Positions 11,734 through 24,500 of a DNA stretch of 64,000 bases are shown one piece after another. Source of the DNA: Polymyxa betae A26-41 (taxonomy: Eukaryota; Protista; Endomyxa: Phytomyxea); NCBI GenBank assembly GCA_003693705.1, contig RBZT01000721.1, forward strand, positions 62,001 through 126,000, given 5' to 3'. The notes under the pieces were generated by a model. It made no database searches. It was not told the origin of the DNA and saw nothing but the letters and a program-made list of their open reading frames with translations. Within the stretch, counting starts at the first letter, position 1; every line of letters starts with the position of its first letter. Both the position numbers and the translations under genes were made by a program.

Positions 11734-12815
11734 TTACTGTAGGTGGATGCGCAGGATCGGGTCCTGGATCGTCTGGTTGAGATCGGCAATGGCGGCGCCC
11801 ACCACTTTCGTTTCTAACGTAACAGACACGTTACAATCCAGGCCGTCCCGTTCGTGAGATAGAACTTACTGCAATGTCGCCACAGCAGTCCCAGGACGCG
11901 TGCGGCCCAGGTCGACCTCCTCACTCGGACCAGGTCGTACAGGACCGCGACCAGGTCCGGGTCGGCGGCCATGCGCGACTCGAACCTCGTCTCGATCGCC
12001 AGTCTAACAAACTCCCGGAACTGGCCCTGTTCGGCGTCCGCCATCAATCCGTGCACGACGCCGTCGTACTGGGCGTCGTTCAGGGCCTCGATCACCGTCA
12101 CCGTCCACTGCGCTGGCGGCGCTGGCGCCTTCTTCGGTGGTAACATGGCCAGTCGGTCACGGACCAGACGCCCCATCTCCGGACGTAACGTTGGACACCG
12201 CGCCAGGCACCGGACTGTCTCGTGGACAGTGGCGCTCGGCTCGATACTCACCGCTCGGCATAGTACCGTCAGCGGCGCCTGCGGCACGTGGTCGTGCTGG
12301 TCCGCGACGGCATCGACAGCGGCTGTGATCAGTTCTGGGGTTAGCAGGCGACGGAGAAGATCGGGTCGGATATCGAGCAGGAAGTGGAGACGATGGCGGC
12401 GGCGGGTCTCGTTAGCGATGAATGCGCCCAGACGATCGATGTTGTCGTCGTTCAATGAACAGCAGAGGCGTTGTAGGGCGTCGTCGGCGTCTTTGGGCGA
12501 TGGCGGTAGAATCGCGTTACCGATCAGAGAGCGAAGAGCGTCGTCCGGGTCGTGCTGGATTTCGGGCGTGGCGATGATGGTGGCGTCGGCGGACACCAGT
12601 TCGGCGGCTTTATCGGCGTCTTGGATATCGATACGGTATCCGTCCTGGGTATGTAACGAAATCCGACGAATCGATGCCAGGTCCGCATACAGGAGCTGCA
12701 GACGCGACAGGATACTGGCCCGCAGCTGCCCGACGTCGGCATCATCCGGGACCGCCAGCAAAAAACGACGCGGCTGCTGCTTTCCGCCGCCCCCAACATG
12801 GATCTGGAAACGCAT
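11734..12815 (-). CDS. Hypothetical protein with possible N-terminal ubiquitin-like fold and helical C-terminus
   Basis: 351-codon GC-rich ORF; MRFQIHV..RRFLLAVPDDADVGQLRASIL..ISLHTQDGYRID pattern; last intron GTAAGT..TTAG near 11815-11870. Confidence 0.6.
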
Positions 12816-13963
12816 TCTATCACTCACATCTCGCGTATGATCAGGGCCGGTACAGTTTCTGTAACTCAAATTTGAAACGTAAACTTAGTGTAAATTGAAG
12901 AGTCAAGATTGGTATCAGGAACAGGTGTATTAGGAATATGATTGATAAGACGATGATGTAGGCCAGCATTCTTATCGCCCTTCTAGATAGAGTTATGAAG
13001 GCCGATAATGGGTTGTTGGCCCAGATCGATCTACGCCTTCATACAACTGAATATGATAAGGAAGCGATCACCATACCAGCCAAGAATATAGGTAGGCGAT
13101 TATGTAACAAAACAGAGGAGGATATCTCATTACATGATGTACCTGCCAAAGACTGAGGGCTCGGTTCAGGAAATCGCCGAGCCCCGTGATGGTCCTCGGG
13201 GCAGAGTCAATATAGCCCCCGTGGTTGACTTAGTCGGTATCCTCGCTCGTTGAGCTCAACCCGTCGACCGTATTTGGGGGCATGTCACAGTATCCGATCC
13301 GGTAACGTAAACAGATGGATGCATCCGTTACCGGAGCGAATGCAGGAATGAGGCTGACGAGGGCGGCGGCGCCGCCTTTGTGGTTGATGGAGCTGCGGAC
13401 GGCGCAGTCCGTGCAATATATGACACAATGCCCTAACATATGCTGAGATCAAGGTCTTCATGTAAATTTTGAAAGAAAAGGGCAGCTTTTCTGATAGACG
13501 ACCGAGTTTTGCAATTTTATTGATAAAAATCATGAATTTTTATGCTGGGAATTTGGAAAAGTCAGTTTCATAACAAGTATTTGTCGCCGGCCAATCCGAA
13601 TCGCTAATGGATTGAACTCGCGCTTGCCCGACCAACCGGAGCTCAAGCCGATCATGAAGCTGGGCGGCGCGGCCTCCCCGGCTGGCTCGATAACGTTACG
13701 TTTTCTGGAGGCTGAGCCAGACCGAATGAGCCATCACTTCATAGAGCTTGACGTGGCCACCGATCCGACCGACTAATCACCCTGTGTTGAGTGTGGCGGC
13801 GCAGCCTGGCCCCATTCCATCCATCCTTCTTTTACATTTTTTGACTGGGTGATAACGTTACCCCTTGTATAGCTGTGGCTGTTCGCTGAGACACACTCCA
13901 CACGAGTCCATCTAGAAAGGCTCCTTTCATTTCCAAGTCCTTGTCGTCGTCGTCGTCTTGGCC

Positions 13964-16900
13964 ATGAGCCAAGGCGACTTGGACGAGAACGCTGCCGCCT
14001 TGGCTGATGTCTCCAAAAAGCTCGCCGATCTTCGCGAGCAGGTCCACGAGATGGTCTCGAAGCGGATGCCGGACGCGTCCAGGTTTAACGACATCCTGGA
14101 CCAGTATCTGATACAACTAGAGCTTATCAACCAGAAGAATTTGGACCCTAGCGATTTACTAAATGAGATCGGAACATTAGAGGAGGTCATTGAACGAATG
14201 ATGTTCAAAGCTAATACTCTAAAACCTGAAGAGAAAGAGATTCCTCATGATTCTAAGGTCCCTTGCTTTATGTCTTGGAAACCGCATGACTATACTTAGC
14301 TGCTGTACTTTAGATAAGTCCGGATACACTCAGCTTTCAGGTTATTGTTCACGTTCCAATCGCCATGAACGTCCAGGAGGTCACATTTGACCCTGTTCCG
14401 GCTTCCATGGATATTGGATACTTTCGGGAACAAATCGCCGATCTCATCGGTCTGGATCCGTTTTCTTTAGTCGTCAGATACAGGTGATATTAAATTCACA
14501 TGATACTCGATTGCGTTTCACTTTACTCATTGATGGTAGAGGGAATTTTTGTTTCCCCTCTGAAGATTCAATAACTTTAGGAATGCTGATCGGCGATGTT
14601 AACATGAGAAATGTTCAGCTGACGATTCTGACGGAAGCTGAAGCCGAAAAAATCGGCGTCATTCACGATTATAAGCAAGAGGTACAATCATCGTTTTCCA
14701 GTATTCCGTTGAATGACGCTGTGGCTCTAGAAAAAGAAGCATGAAATGCTAAGTCCTACAATCACTCCACCGCAATCTTTCAGAATGGCAAGCTGCATTT
14801 TATATTTCATTTTTCGTTTGAAGTAATGTCCTGTGTGCTGTAGTCAAATGGAAGGAAGCGGAGCAGTATACCTGAATACATGGTGAACAAAGAACAGGTT
14901 CACCAATACGTATTGGAACTCGAACGTGAGCAGCGTGAGCTGGAACAACTTAAAGACGATGCATCTGACTCTGACGATGGAATTAAGACGCCGCCTGAAA
15001 ATCAGATTGTCTCCGATTCTCGTCTCGAGACGAATGCGGAAGATCATTCTAGCAAGGCTCCTGTTGCTGAAATTGTTGCTGCTAAATTGCCAGAGGAGGA
15101 TCTGCCTCTACTTCCTCCGCCACCACCCCCTCCTTGTGGCGGTAATATTAAGCTCGTTTTTGTCTTTTCAAACGTTTGAAAGTTTTTAAGTGCCTCCTCC
15201 TCCACCACCACCGCCACCGCCTGGTCAGCCTTCTCTGGCTCTTGGTAAAAGGCTTCCGCCTGGTGCTGTTGAGTGCAGGAAATTACACTGGAAGACGCAC
15301 AGTATAATGTAAGGAAGCTTTCCTCAAAAGATCATCGTACTGACCTTTCATAAGGTTCGACTCTTCAATTTTTGCAGCGCTGCCCACAATATCTTTCATT
15401 CCGAGATCAGTGGTCGAAGAGAGCTGGGCAAATTCAGTCAACCGATCGGTTTTAGTTCGTAAAGACAGTAGAAGCTCTGTTGATTCCGATAAGAAACCGA
15501 AGACCAAATACGATCTGCCAGATATGAAGCAATCCGAGAATTTTGGAATCGTGTTGAAGAAGTAAGCTGATTCGCATCGATATGTTTATAGTTCAGTAAC
15601 CCTTTTTGTCCAGTTCGCCTCCAATCGATCAGCTGGCTTCAGGTAGCTCCCTTCTACCAAAGAATGCCAACGTTTTGAATGCTGTTGTTCTCAGCTTTGC
15701 AATCTCTTGACGAGACTGTTATTAGTGGGGAAGTTTTAGCGCGAATTTTCCAGGCTCTTCCTCGTAAAGACGATATTGATTTCGTTTCGAGCATTTCTGA
15801 AGAACTAAACCAAAGTAATGCAAGTACTGCCGTTTTATACGTCAAGGTCGAATTGTCGTTACGCTTTGATACTGGTGCTAATCCTGCGTGCTTGTAGGCT
15901 TTATCATCGATTCCATTCTGGGAAATTCGCCTCCGAGGATGGAAAACATTGCGGGAGTTTGACGAAAGAGCAACGATGTTGAAAGAGACGATCATGATTC
16001 TTTCTGAAGCAATGTCTTTCCTTCTCTCCAATGATTCTCTGAAATGGATGATCGCGGTTATTCTACAAGTCGGCAATGAAATGAATTTAAGCGCTGCCAG
16101 GGTTTTCAGAATTGATTTCCTATCGAAGCTAAGTTCATATAAATGGTATGATGTTTTCGTCGCACCTCCGTCTCGCTTCTTACCACCTGCATGGCAGCAT
16201 TGGACGTAACTCCAGCATGCTGGACTTCATCGTTAAGATCTTGGCAAAGCACGTCCCTCATGCGTTAGAGTTTCCGCAACAGGTAGCATCATAGGCTTGA
16301 GACGTTCGCCGTTCATAACGTTTTCTAAGTTGGGAGATCACTACCTGAAAGTATCCCGACGAACTTTACAGTCTGCATACAATGACGTCTCTGAATTGAA
16401 CACTCTTGTCGAGCAACAGTTCAAGTCTGTGTCTCGTGTGTCCAGCCAATTGCCACCAGACGATCCTTTTCTACGTATTTACAACAAATTTGAAGAAGCA
16501 GCACAACATTGTCGTGAGCTTCTCTCACTGTATCAGAATTTGGAAGCAACCGCGCTCAAAGTCCTTAATTATTTTGAGCTTAATGTTGATTCCGCGACTG
16601 CCATGTTCAGTGAGATGAATCCGATTCCAGAGTCACAAAGGAGGCGCCAGGAGCAATTACAGCGCGAATCTAACCGAGTTTGGGAGCTCTCCAAAGCTGA
16701 AGATGCCGCGTCTTCGTTTATCGCGGCCGTAAAAGCGCGATCGGCATTCCAGTTGGGTCAGGCTAGTATCGAAGAACGACAACAAGCCATGAATGCTGCT
16801 CGAAAGCACCTCAATGAGTGGATGTCTTTGATCGAGACGGATTGTGAGTTATCCAAATCCAGCTCTTCTTCTGACGTTTCAAACAATGAGAAACTCTCTG

Positions 16901-17166
16901 AAGCTATTCGTCATCTGTTCAGTTTCTTATGGGATTTCAGTGAGAAGTTCGCCAAATCAGTTAAAGTTCTAATCGAGCAGTCTTCTTCCAATAAGCCGTC
17001 ATCAGCAGTCAAAAGCAGGGAGAGGAAGAAAAGGACGATTTCTCATTTAAGAAATGATGGTATCTCAGATACGATGCTGCTTGAAAAAACCATTGATAAG
17101 GCTCTCGCAAGGAGGCGGCTGCCGTCTCCTGCCCGATCTGATGATTCAGTATCAAGTTTCATATGA
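13964..17166 (+). CDS. Formin (FH1 polyproline + divergent FH2), many introns
   Basis: PPPPPPPCG..PPPPPPPPPPG; RKLHWK; SENFGIVLKK; IPFWEIRLRGW; ILQVGNEMN..ARVFRIDFLSKLSSYK. Confidence 0.85.
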
Positions 17167-17464
17167 TGTATATCTACATATCGTTGATCGATTTATTCAA
17201 GCTACTTAAATATATCTATTTGTTAATTAAATATTCAATTGTTCCTTTGCTTTCATATTAATGGCTTGAAAACGTTCGCGGTCTTATAATCAATTTGTAT
17301 CCATGTTTACATTACATCTGTTGAGCACAATGTCATATATCTCTCGTTTATGTAGTTCAATGTTTGGAAATGGTTCCTGATCTTACGATCGCTCGATGTA
17401 CAGTTGCGTTTCATTGGTGAAAATAGATATCCGCTGTAATAGTCCTAATATTTAACCCCAGACA

Positions 17465-19726
17465 ATGAACGATTCGACACCATCATCAGATCGGGTCCTA
17501 AAGCTAGCACAACATCTCGAGAACAGACCAACAGCCGAATCATTGATTGAGCACAATATCCTCAAATGTAAGGCAGGAGAGTGCTCCGAGGTAGGTTTGT
17601 CCTGAATGTGTCCCTAGCATTCCGAGCAGATCCAGCACTTCATGAAGTAATGCAAGCCCTGATCCGTACTCGTCGAGAAAAAGAACTCGGCGCCCTGCTG
17701 AAGAAACGACGCTCGCTCCAGGATCTCATTGACCGCAATATCATGGTTGGAGGCCCGCCCGGTGCACCAGAAGTCTGCAAAGCGCGCCAGGCGCTCCTAA
17801 AGCATTTTCGCCGACACCAGCTCAACACATTTCTCGAGAAACGCCCAACGCTATCAGACGTCGCCAAGCGTAACGTTCTCGAAGGTAACGTAACGCCGGC
17901 CGCTCTGCCCAACGAATCGACACTCAGCGTGGCCATCAGACACGTTAATCTGGACTCGACTGGGACAACATGGGGTCCCGCCGTTGGCCCGTAACGGAGC
18001 GACGCTGACCTGTATCGACGATACGCTGTTCCTAATCGGCGGGTTCTGTGCCGAGGGCCGCCACTCCACCTACGATATCATGTGCTACAATGTGGCCTCG
18101 GAATCATGGACGCGGCCCATTTGTGCTGGTACGCCGGCGTCCCCGTCGTCGCGGCCATACCTGACCGTAAGATAGGCGCTCTGCCTTCAGATCGGTTCGC
18201 CCATAGCTGTTCCGTGGTCGGAAAGCAGCTGGTCCTATTCGGTGGGTGCAGCCCCGATGGGGTCTGGCTGAACGATGTTCATGTCCTTGATACCGAACAC
18301 GAACAAGCCTTACTCCCGAAACTCGACGTATTACGCAACCGATCCGATGCAGCATCCCACTGATGATCCGGATTCAGGGAACGAAACACAGCTGGAAGAA
18401 GAAGCTGCCGCCTCAGACCATGCTGTTATGGTATGCGCCAGAGGCAACCGGCGCACAGCCATGTCCCAGAGCAGCACATTCAGCCACGGTTGTTGGCACA
18501 CGAGTATACGTCTTCGGTGGCAACGACGGTACACGACTGTAAGTGCCCATTCGATGAGGGCCGGCACGACGCGGCTTTTCACACCTGATCATCAGATTCA
18601 ACGACCTGCACATTCTCGAGGTCGAGACCATGGGCTGGTCGAAGCCGAAAGTTCGGGGGATGCCGCCCTCACCCCGTGCCGGTCATGGGGCCGCCCTTGT
18701 CGGCGACCACGAGCTGTATATCTTCGGGGGCGGTACGGCCCAGGGACCCAGCAACTCGCTGCACATCCTCGACCTGGAGACGCTGACCTGGTCGGAACCC
18801 ACCGTCTTGGGGACGCCGCCTAGCCCACGTGTTGGCCACAGTCTGCATGTACGAGCCTGCGATTTCGTTTCTCGATCACGTTACGATGGCGTTTCGTTGA
18901 GCTGACACGCCGACGCAGGTGCTAATGGGCCCCAGCCCGATGCTGTTGGTGTTCGCTGGCGGTACGATGGAGAAGCTGTACGACGATCTGCATGTGTTCG
19001 GCTGCCAGACGCGACAATGGTCCCGGCCCAGTGATACTGGCTCGGGTTAGGGTTTTAGGGTTTCGGGACTTGGTTGTGTTCTCAACGACGCTTGCAGTTC
19101 CGGTAGCACGCACGGGCCATTCTAGTTGTCTGGTTCGCGACCAGCAATCGAATCGCGAATCCATCTACTTCTTCGGTGGTGCTGGTCCACAGGGACAGCT
19201 CTATAACGACCTGTATCTGCTGGATTGCGATTTCATTAGCGTCGCTTCGTAAGAGCATTGGCATAGGTTCAGCTCAATGCTTGAGAGAATATTGCAGATT
19301 GTCGGAGATTGGGTCCGATGGCGATCTAATCAAAGACAAACTCTCGCCCTCTGCAAGCTCAGTCTTAGATGGTGATAAATACCAACATGGTCCATTATGG
19401 GCCGAGAAGGTCAGTTGGGTGCGTGAATACACAATCTCCGATCTGATCGAAATGGAAAGGTGAATATGACAAGGGAGCGGATTAACGGCCTAATGACGGA
19501 CGTCAAGAAGAAAATCGATTTGGCGCAAGAGGATGCTTTGCAGAAGGAGAAGCAACTGGTTGGGTCCATCGAGGTAATATTTACTATAGTGACGGTGTAT
19601 GTAAAGTTAAGTGGCTGCCTGCAGAGATCTTTCACGGAGCTGCGAGCCGAGGTCGACGCCCTGACGGTGTTTGTTCGCACTGAGCTTGACAATCTACTGG
19701 GCCAACAACATCAGGAGCTTTTTTGA
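17465..19726 (+). CDS. RPEL-repeat + Kelch beta-propeller + C-terminal coiled-coil protein
   Basis: LAQHLENRPTAESLIEHNIL, LKKRRSLQDLIDRNIM and FLEKRPTLSDVAKRNVL (RPEL-like); PSDRFAHSCSVVGKQLVLFGG, PSPRAGHGAALVGDHELYIFGG and ARTGHS..IYFFGG (Kelch). Confidence 0.85.
19046..19097 (+). repeat. 52-nt intron of the RPEL-Kelch gene starting with telomeric repeats
   Basis: GTTAGGGTTTTAGGGTTTCGGG...CTTGCAG; removal restores the Kelch blade WSRPSDTGS-VPVARTGHS. Confidence 0.88.
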
Positions 19727-19953
19727 TAATACACAGCGTGCTTCTCTCCCTGTATCATTGCCCGGATGATCGGCGAAACATTACAGTACCGAGCAGAGGA
19801 CAACCATAAACAGCGCGCAAATTCGGGCAATTCACGACTGATCGAGTTGTCAGGGCCGATTATAGATTCTTGACCACGATCGGGGTGGGATGCAGCACGA
19901 CACAGCAGACCTGGTACGACCTCCCATTTAGCTAACGCTGAATCTCTGCTTTC

Positions 19954-20955
19954 ATGCCGGGCCCGCATGCCGGCGACCAGGACGAGCCCATGCTGCAGGA
20001 CAACCCGAATCGTTTCGTCATCTATCCGGTCCAGCACGCCGAGATCTGGGCCATGTACAAGAAACACGTCGCATCGTTCTGGACGCCGGCCGAGATCGAT
20101 CTTTCGGGGGACGCCGACGACTGGGCCCAGCTGACGGGCGGCGAGCGCCATTTCGTCCAGAACGTGTTGGCGTTCTTCGCGGCCAGCGACGGCATCGTCC
20201 TGGAGAATCTAGCAGCCCGCTTTCTGAACGACGTTCAATGGCCGGAGGCGCGCTGCTTCTACGGGTTCCAGGTCGCCATGGAGAACATGCATTCGGAGAC
20301 GTACGCGCTCTTGATCGACACTTACGTTCGCGACCCGGTACAGAAAGACGCCCTGTTTCGGGCGATCGACACAATCCCGTGCGTGAAGCGCAAAGCCGAA
20401 TGGGCCCTGAAATGGATCAGCTCAGAGTGCTCGTTCGCGACCCGATTGGTGGCGTTCGCCGCCGTCGAAGGCGTGTTCTTCAGCGGGTCGTTCTGTGCGA
20501 TTTTCTGGCTGAAGAAGCGCGGCCTAATGCAAGGGCTTTGCTTCAGCAACGAACTGATTTCACGCGACGAGGGCCTGCATACCGATTTCGCTTGTCTTCT
20601 GCATTCGATGTTAAAGCATCGGCTGGATAGCGAGACGATCACGAATATTATTACAGAGGGCGTCAAAATAGAGAAAGAATTCGTGTGCGAATCGCTCCCA
20701 GTCGATCTGATCGGCATGAACTCGAAGCTGATGTCGCAATATATCGAATATGTCGCTGATCGACTCTTAACGTCGCTGAATGTCGAGAGACATTTTAAGG
20801 CCGAGAATCCGTTTGAATGGATGGATATGATTTCGCTGCCGGGAAAGACGAACTTCTTCGAGAAACGGGTAAGTGATTATCAGAGGGCCGGCGTCATGGC
20901 CAGCATGATGAATGGATCGACCAGACCTCGGTTCGTCCTGGACGAGGACTTTTGA
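19954..20955 (+). CDS. RNR2: Ribonucleotide reductase small subunit (R2), intronless
   Basis: [90 protein letters not shown]. Confidence 0.97.
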   Translation: MPGPHAGDQDEPMLQDNPNRFVIYPVQHAEIWAMYKKHVASFWTPAEIDLSGDADDWAQLTGGERHFVQNVLAFFAASDGIVLENLAARFLNDVQWPEARCFYGFQVAMENMHSETYALLIDTYVRDPVQKDALFRAIDTIPCVKRKAEWALKWISSECSFATRLVAFAAVEGVFFSGSFCAIFWLKKRGLMQGLCFSNELISRDEGLHTDFACLLHSMLKHRLDSETITNIITEGVKIEKEFVCESLPVDLIGMNSKLMSQYIEYVADRLLTSLNVERHFKAENPFEWMDMISLPGKTNFFEKRVSDYQRAGVMASMMNGSTRPRFVLDEDF

Positions 20956-21541
20956 AGCCGCCGTCAATGTTTCTTTCAGTTGCATAAAAACCTCCTTTAT
21001 TTGCTAATATCGATCAGCTTAGAGAGGACCCAATCGATATTCTAACCATTGGTGAGAATTCAGAACGCCTAATGGTGGGTAATCCTGACACCAGGCTACC
21101 ATCCATGAGCTCTTGTCTCAATTGCTCTCATGCCTTGATTTGCTGTGGCACAAAATGCCATATACTTCAAAATGCCTAACAGTTGGGCACCGCTAACGCC
21201 AGGGGGCCACCAGTGACGATAGTCTCTATGATGAACAACGGCTGAAGCTGTCTTGCCCTCGACGACGTTAACAGATGAGCCCTGCCGACAGCTCGCTATC
21301 CTGTCTGTCTCTATGGCTTTATAAACAATGACACATTCTGTGTCGGCTAAAAAGGGAATGAAACGTAACCCGATTGTCATTGCCTCTATCAGCTCTCTCT
21401 CGCTCTATGGCTTTACCATAACAATGGTATCGTGACAAATGAGAGAGAACCTGTAAGAAGGAACTGAAACATTATCGACTGTCATCAAGTGCAAAATTTC
21501 CGTTCTCTAATGCGCTTATTTGAATTTCTTCGTCGTCACAG

Positions 21542-24500
21542 ATGTTTGCATTGCCAGCTGTGGCGTTGACGGCCGCAGGTGCGGTCACATACCTGTCCCG
21601 ACCGAAGCCGATCCCGGTCAGGTCGGCGGCTGCCAACCCTGATCCGGATACGCTGTCGCAGTATGCATCCGATAGAGACCAATTTTGGTCGGTCAATGAA
21701 GACGCCGAAATGCCAGTTTTCCTTGCTAAAAAAGGGTATCGTACTTGTTCTTGATGGCAACGGGGTTTCATGTTTGAACCCTTCAGGCTTGCCGCTAAGG
21801 AACCCATCACGATTCTCGAATTGATGGACCTATCGGTTGCGAATTTCCCTGACGAAGCTGCTATGAAAGTCCAAGAGAAAGTAAACGACCTTCTGCAGGT
21901 TCCTCACCCTCACATTCCTGATCATCATTTGTGAAGAACGCCAATGGCGACCTGGAATGGGTTGACATGACCTGGTCCGAGTACCACGACAATATTCTGA
22001 AGGCGGCACGAGCACTCCTGCATCTTGGTCTGGAGCGATTCGGTTCGATCTGTATCGTTGGGTTTAACCGTCCGGAATGGTTGGATATTGTTTCGCTTCA
22101 TCATGAAACTGCTTAACATTTCGAGTAGGTTTATTGCTTATATGGGTGCTATATGGTGCGGTGCCAAAGGTGTCGGAATCTAGTAATCTAACTGTCAATT
22201 CTAAATCATCACATTGATATGCCGCAAAGCCCATCGAACAGTCCCGAATCGTCCGGTTATATCGCTTCCCATTGCAAAGCGAAAGTTGTCGTTGCAGAAG
22301 ACTGGAGCCAGGTATTTTCGAATTGTGGTAAAATGTGCCCGAATACTGAACAGCCAACGGTAGATCAAGAAATTCATTGCTGTTAAAGATCAGCTGAAAG
22401 ATGTCTCTGCGTTCGTAGTTTATAAGGTCGGATGCGTTAGAGACTGTCGCCTCCTTATAGTTTCCTTAATTTGACTGTAGGATATCTCTGCAGAGAACCT
22501 GGCTGAAGCCAACCAGCACAAACCGACCTATACATGGGCCGAGTTCCTACAACTCGGTGAAGGCAAACGCGATCTCGATAAAATGCTTGATTCGCGAATG
22601 TCGCAGATTAAGCCGGGTCATGTCTGCTCGCTGATTTACACATCGGGAACTACTGGCCCACCAAAAGCCACTATGGGTCGGTGCCGCTCCTGGCCGAAAA
22701 ATTACCCCGAACTTGATTTGCTGTTACAGTGACACACGATTCGATCATCTTTATGGCGTATGAGATTGCTGATGTCCTCCCTGAAGCTTTCAGTCATCAC
22801 GAACGTCTCGTATCATATCTGTAAGTTTATTCAGGAGAATCACTAATTGGTACGTTAATTTTTCGGTCTTAGACCTCTAAGCCATATTGCAGCCCAAATC
22901 ATCGATGGTGTGTTAAGATGTAACTCTGTTCAAAAATCGTGTTCATCATGGAACAGGTTTCGCTCCTTTATTACTGAATGCTTATGGTTCTAAACCGGCT
23001 ACTCTATGGTTTGCCCGCCCAGATGCACTGAAAGGTTTATTGCTGGCTCTGCTTTCTCCTTTGTTGCTTACTGGATAACCAGGATCACTTCCGGAAACAA
23101 TGGCTGCAGCACGACCTACCATGTTTTTTGTAAGTGATTCCATTGAATGGTTGCTTGCTCTGAAACTGGGTTGGTTTAGGGTGTACCTCGTGTTTGGGTG
23201 CGTTATCGCTCGACAAAACTTCTGCAGGTTCGCTCATAACGATACAGGAAAAATTCTCCGAAAAGCTTCAAATAACGGAGAGCAAGGCCACTGGCGTTCA
23301 GAAGCAATTACTTAACTGGGCCAAATCGATCGGTGTTCAACGATATCTGGATGGAGGTGCCACGGGTAGCCACTATACGCCATGGTTCGAAAATATCGCA
23401 GAACTGCTTGTGTTCTCCAAGGTCCGAGCCAAAATTGGTCTTGACAGGTCTACAAAGATCGCTTCGTTATAGAGATGAGACTAATAACAGGTTTTAGGTG
23501 CCGAATTTTTGCAACAGGAGCCGCTCCTATTCATTTAGAAACGCTCGAACATCTTGCTTCATTCGGCATTCGGATCAATGAGCTGTATGGAATGTCAGAA
23601 TGTGCTGGGGCGTGCACGATGAACTACTTAGACTCATATTTGCCGGGATCTGTTGGTCGTGCTCTTCCGGGCATTGAAATAAAGATTCATCACGTTCCTG
23701 GTAGAGACAAACCTGGAGAAGGTACATTGACTAAGCAAGTGGAGTCCATGTCGACCAAAACTTGTATGTAGGGGAATTTTGCCTTCGTGGCAGGAACGTC
23801 ATGGCAGGGTCGGAATTCTGTTTCATATACTTGTATATATCATTTACATGTGAACAGATATATGGCGGATCCAGAGAAGACGAAGGACGTGATCGATTCC
23901 AAAGGGTTCTTGCATTCTGGGTAAGTTATGTATTAGCGGTCTGTTGTTGGACTGAGAGTCTTCAGAGATCTGGGACGCTTGGATGAGCATGGCTTCTACC
24001 ACATTGTAGGCCGTATTAAAGAATTAATTATCACGTACTCACTTATTTTGTACGGTTTCTAGTTTTATTCTTAATATCTAATTCAGGGCCGGAGGAGAAA
24101 ATATTGCACCTGTACCTGTTGAATCAGCTATCAAAACCCAATGCCCTGGATTGGCCCATATTGTTATGATTGGGGACAAGAAAAAATACAATGTCGTTTT
24201 GTAGGTTTTCGATCTTCAAAGTTGGTACATAGACCTAATCCTTTTTTCCAGGGTCACACTCAAGAGCAAGATCAATTCTGATGGGACTCCATCTCAGGAG
24301 CTTGAAGGCGATGCCTTGTCAGTGAACCCTTCAGTTCACACTGTGAAAGACGCCATGAATGATGCTGTCTGGAAAAAATACATTACTGATGGCATTGCTG
24401 CAGTAAATGCAAATGTGAGCGTGTTGGTTTGACTGAATGCCTATATCTGAGCTGTAATTCAGGCTGTCTCGAATGCATCTAAAGTTCAAAAGTTTCGCAT

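Noticed and set aside
10043-12840. Long overlapping antisense ORFs in the GC-rich island (also over RNR2 and the Helitron fragment)
   Set aside because: These are expected shadow ORFs of GC-rich coding sequence; they are Arg/Ser/Ala-rich and lack motifs.
13354-13385. CTGACGA plus hairpin as a hammerhead ribozyme
   Set aside because: The required GAAA after stem II is missing.
11195-19097. Telomeric arrays as chromosome-end or assembly-join artefacts
   Set aside because: Both sit precisely inside introns of continuous, in-frame genes and are short and degenerate.
21070-21450. Repeated CTCTATGGCTTTA and weak inverted repeats as a MITE
   Set aside because: No clear TIR/TSD pair could be defined by eye.
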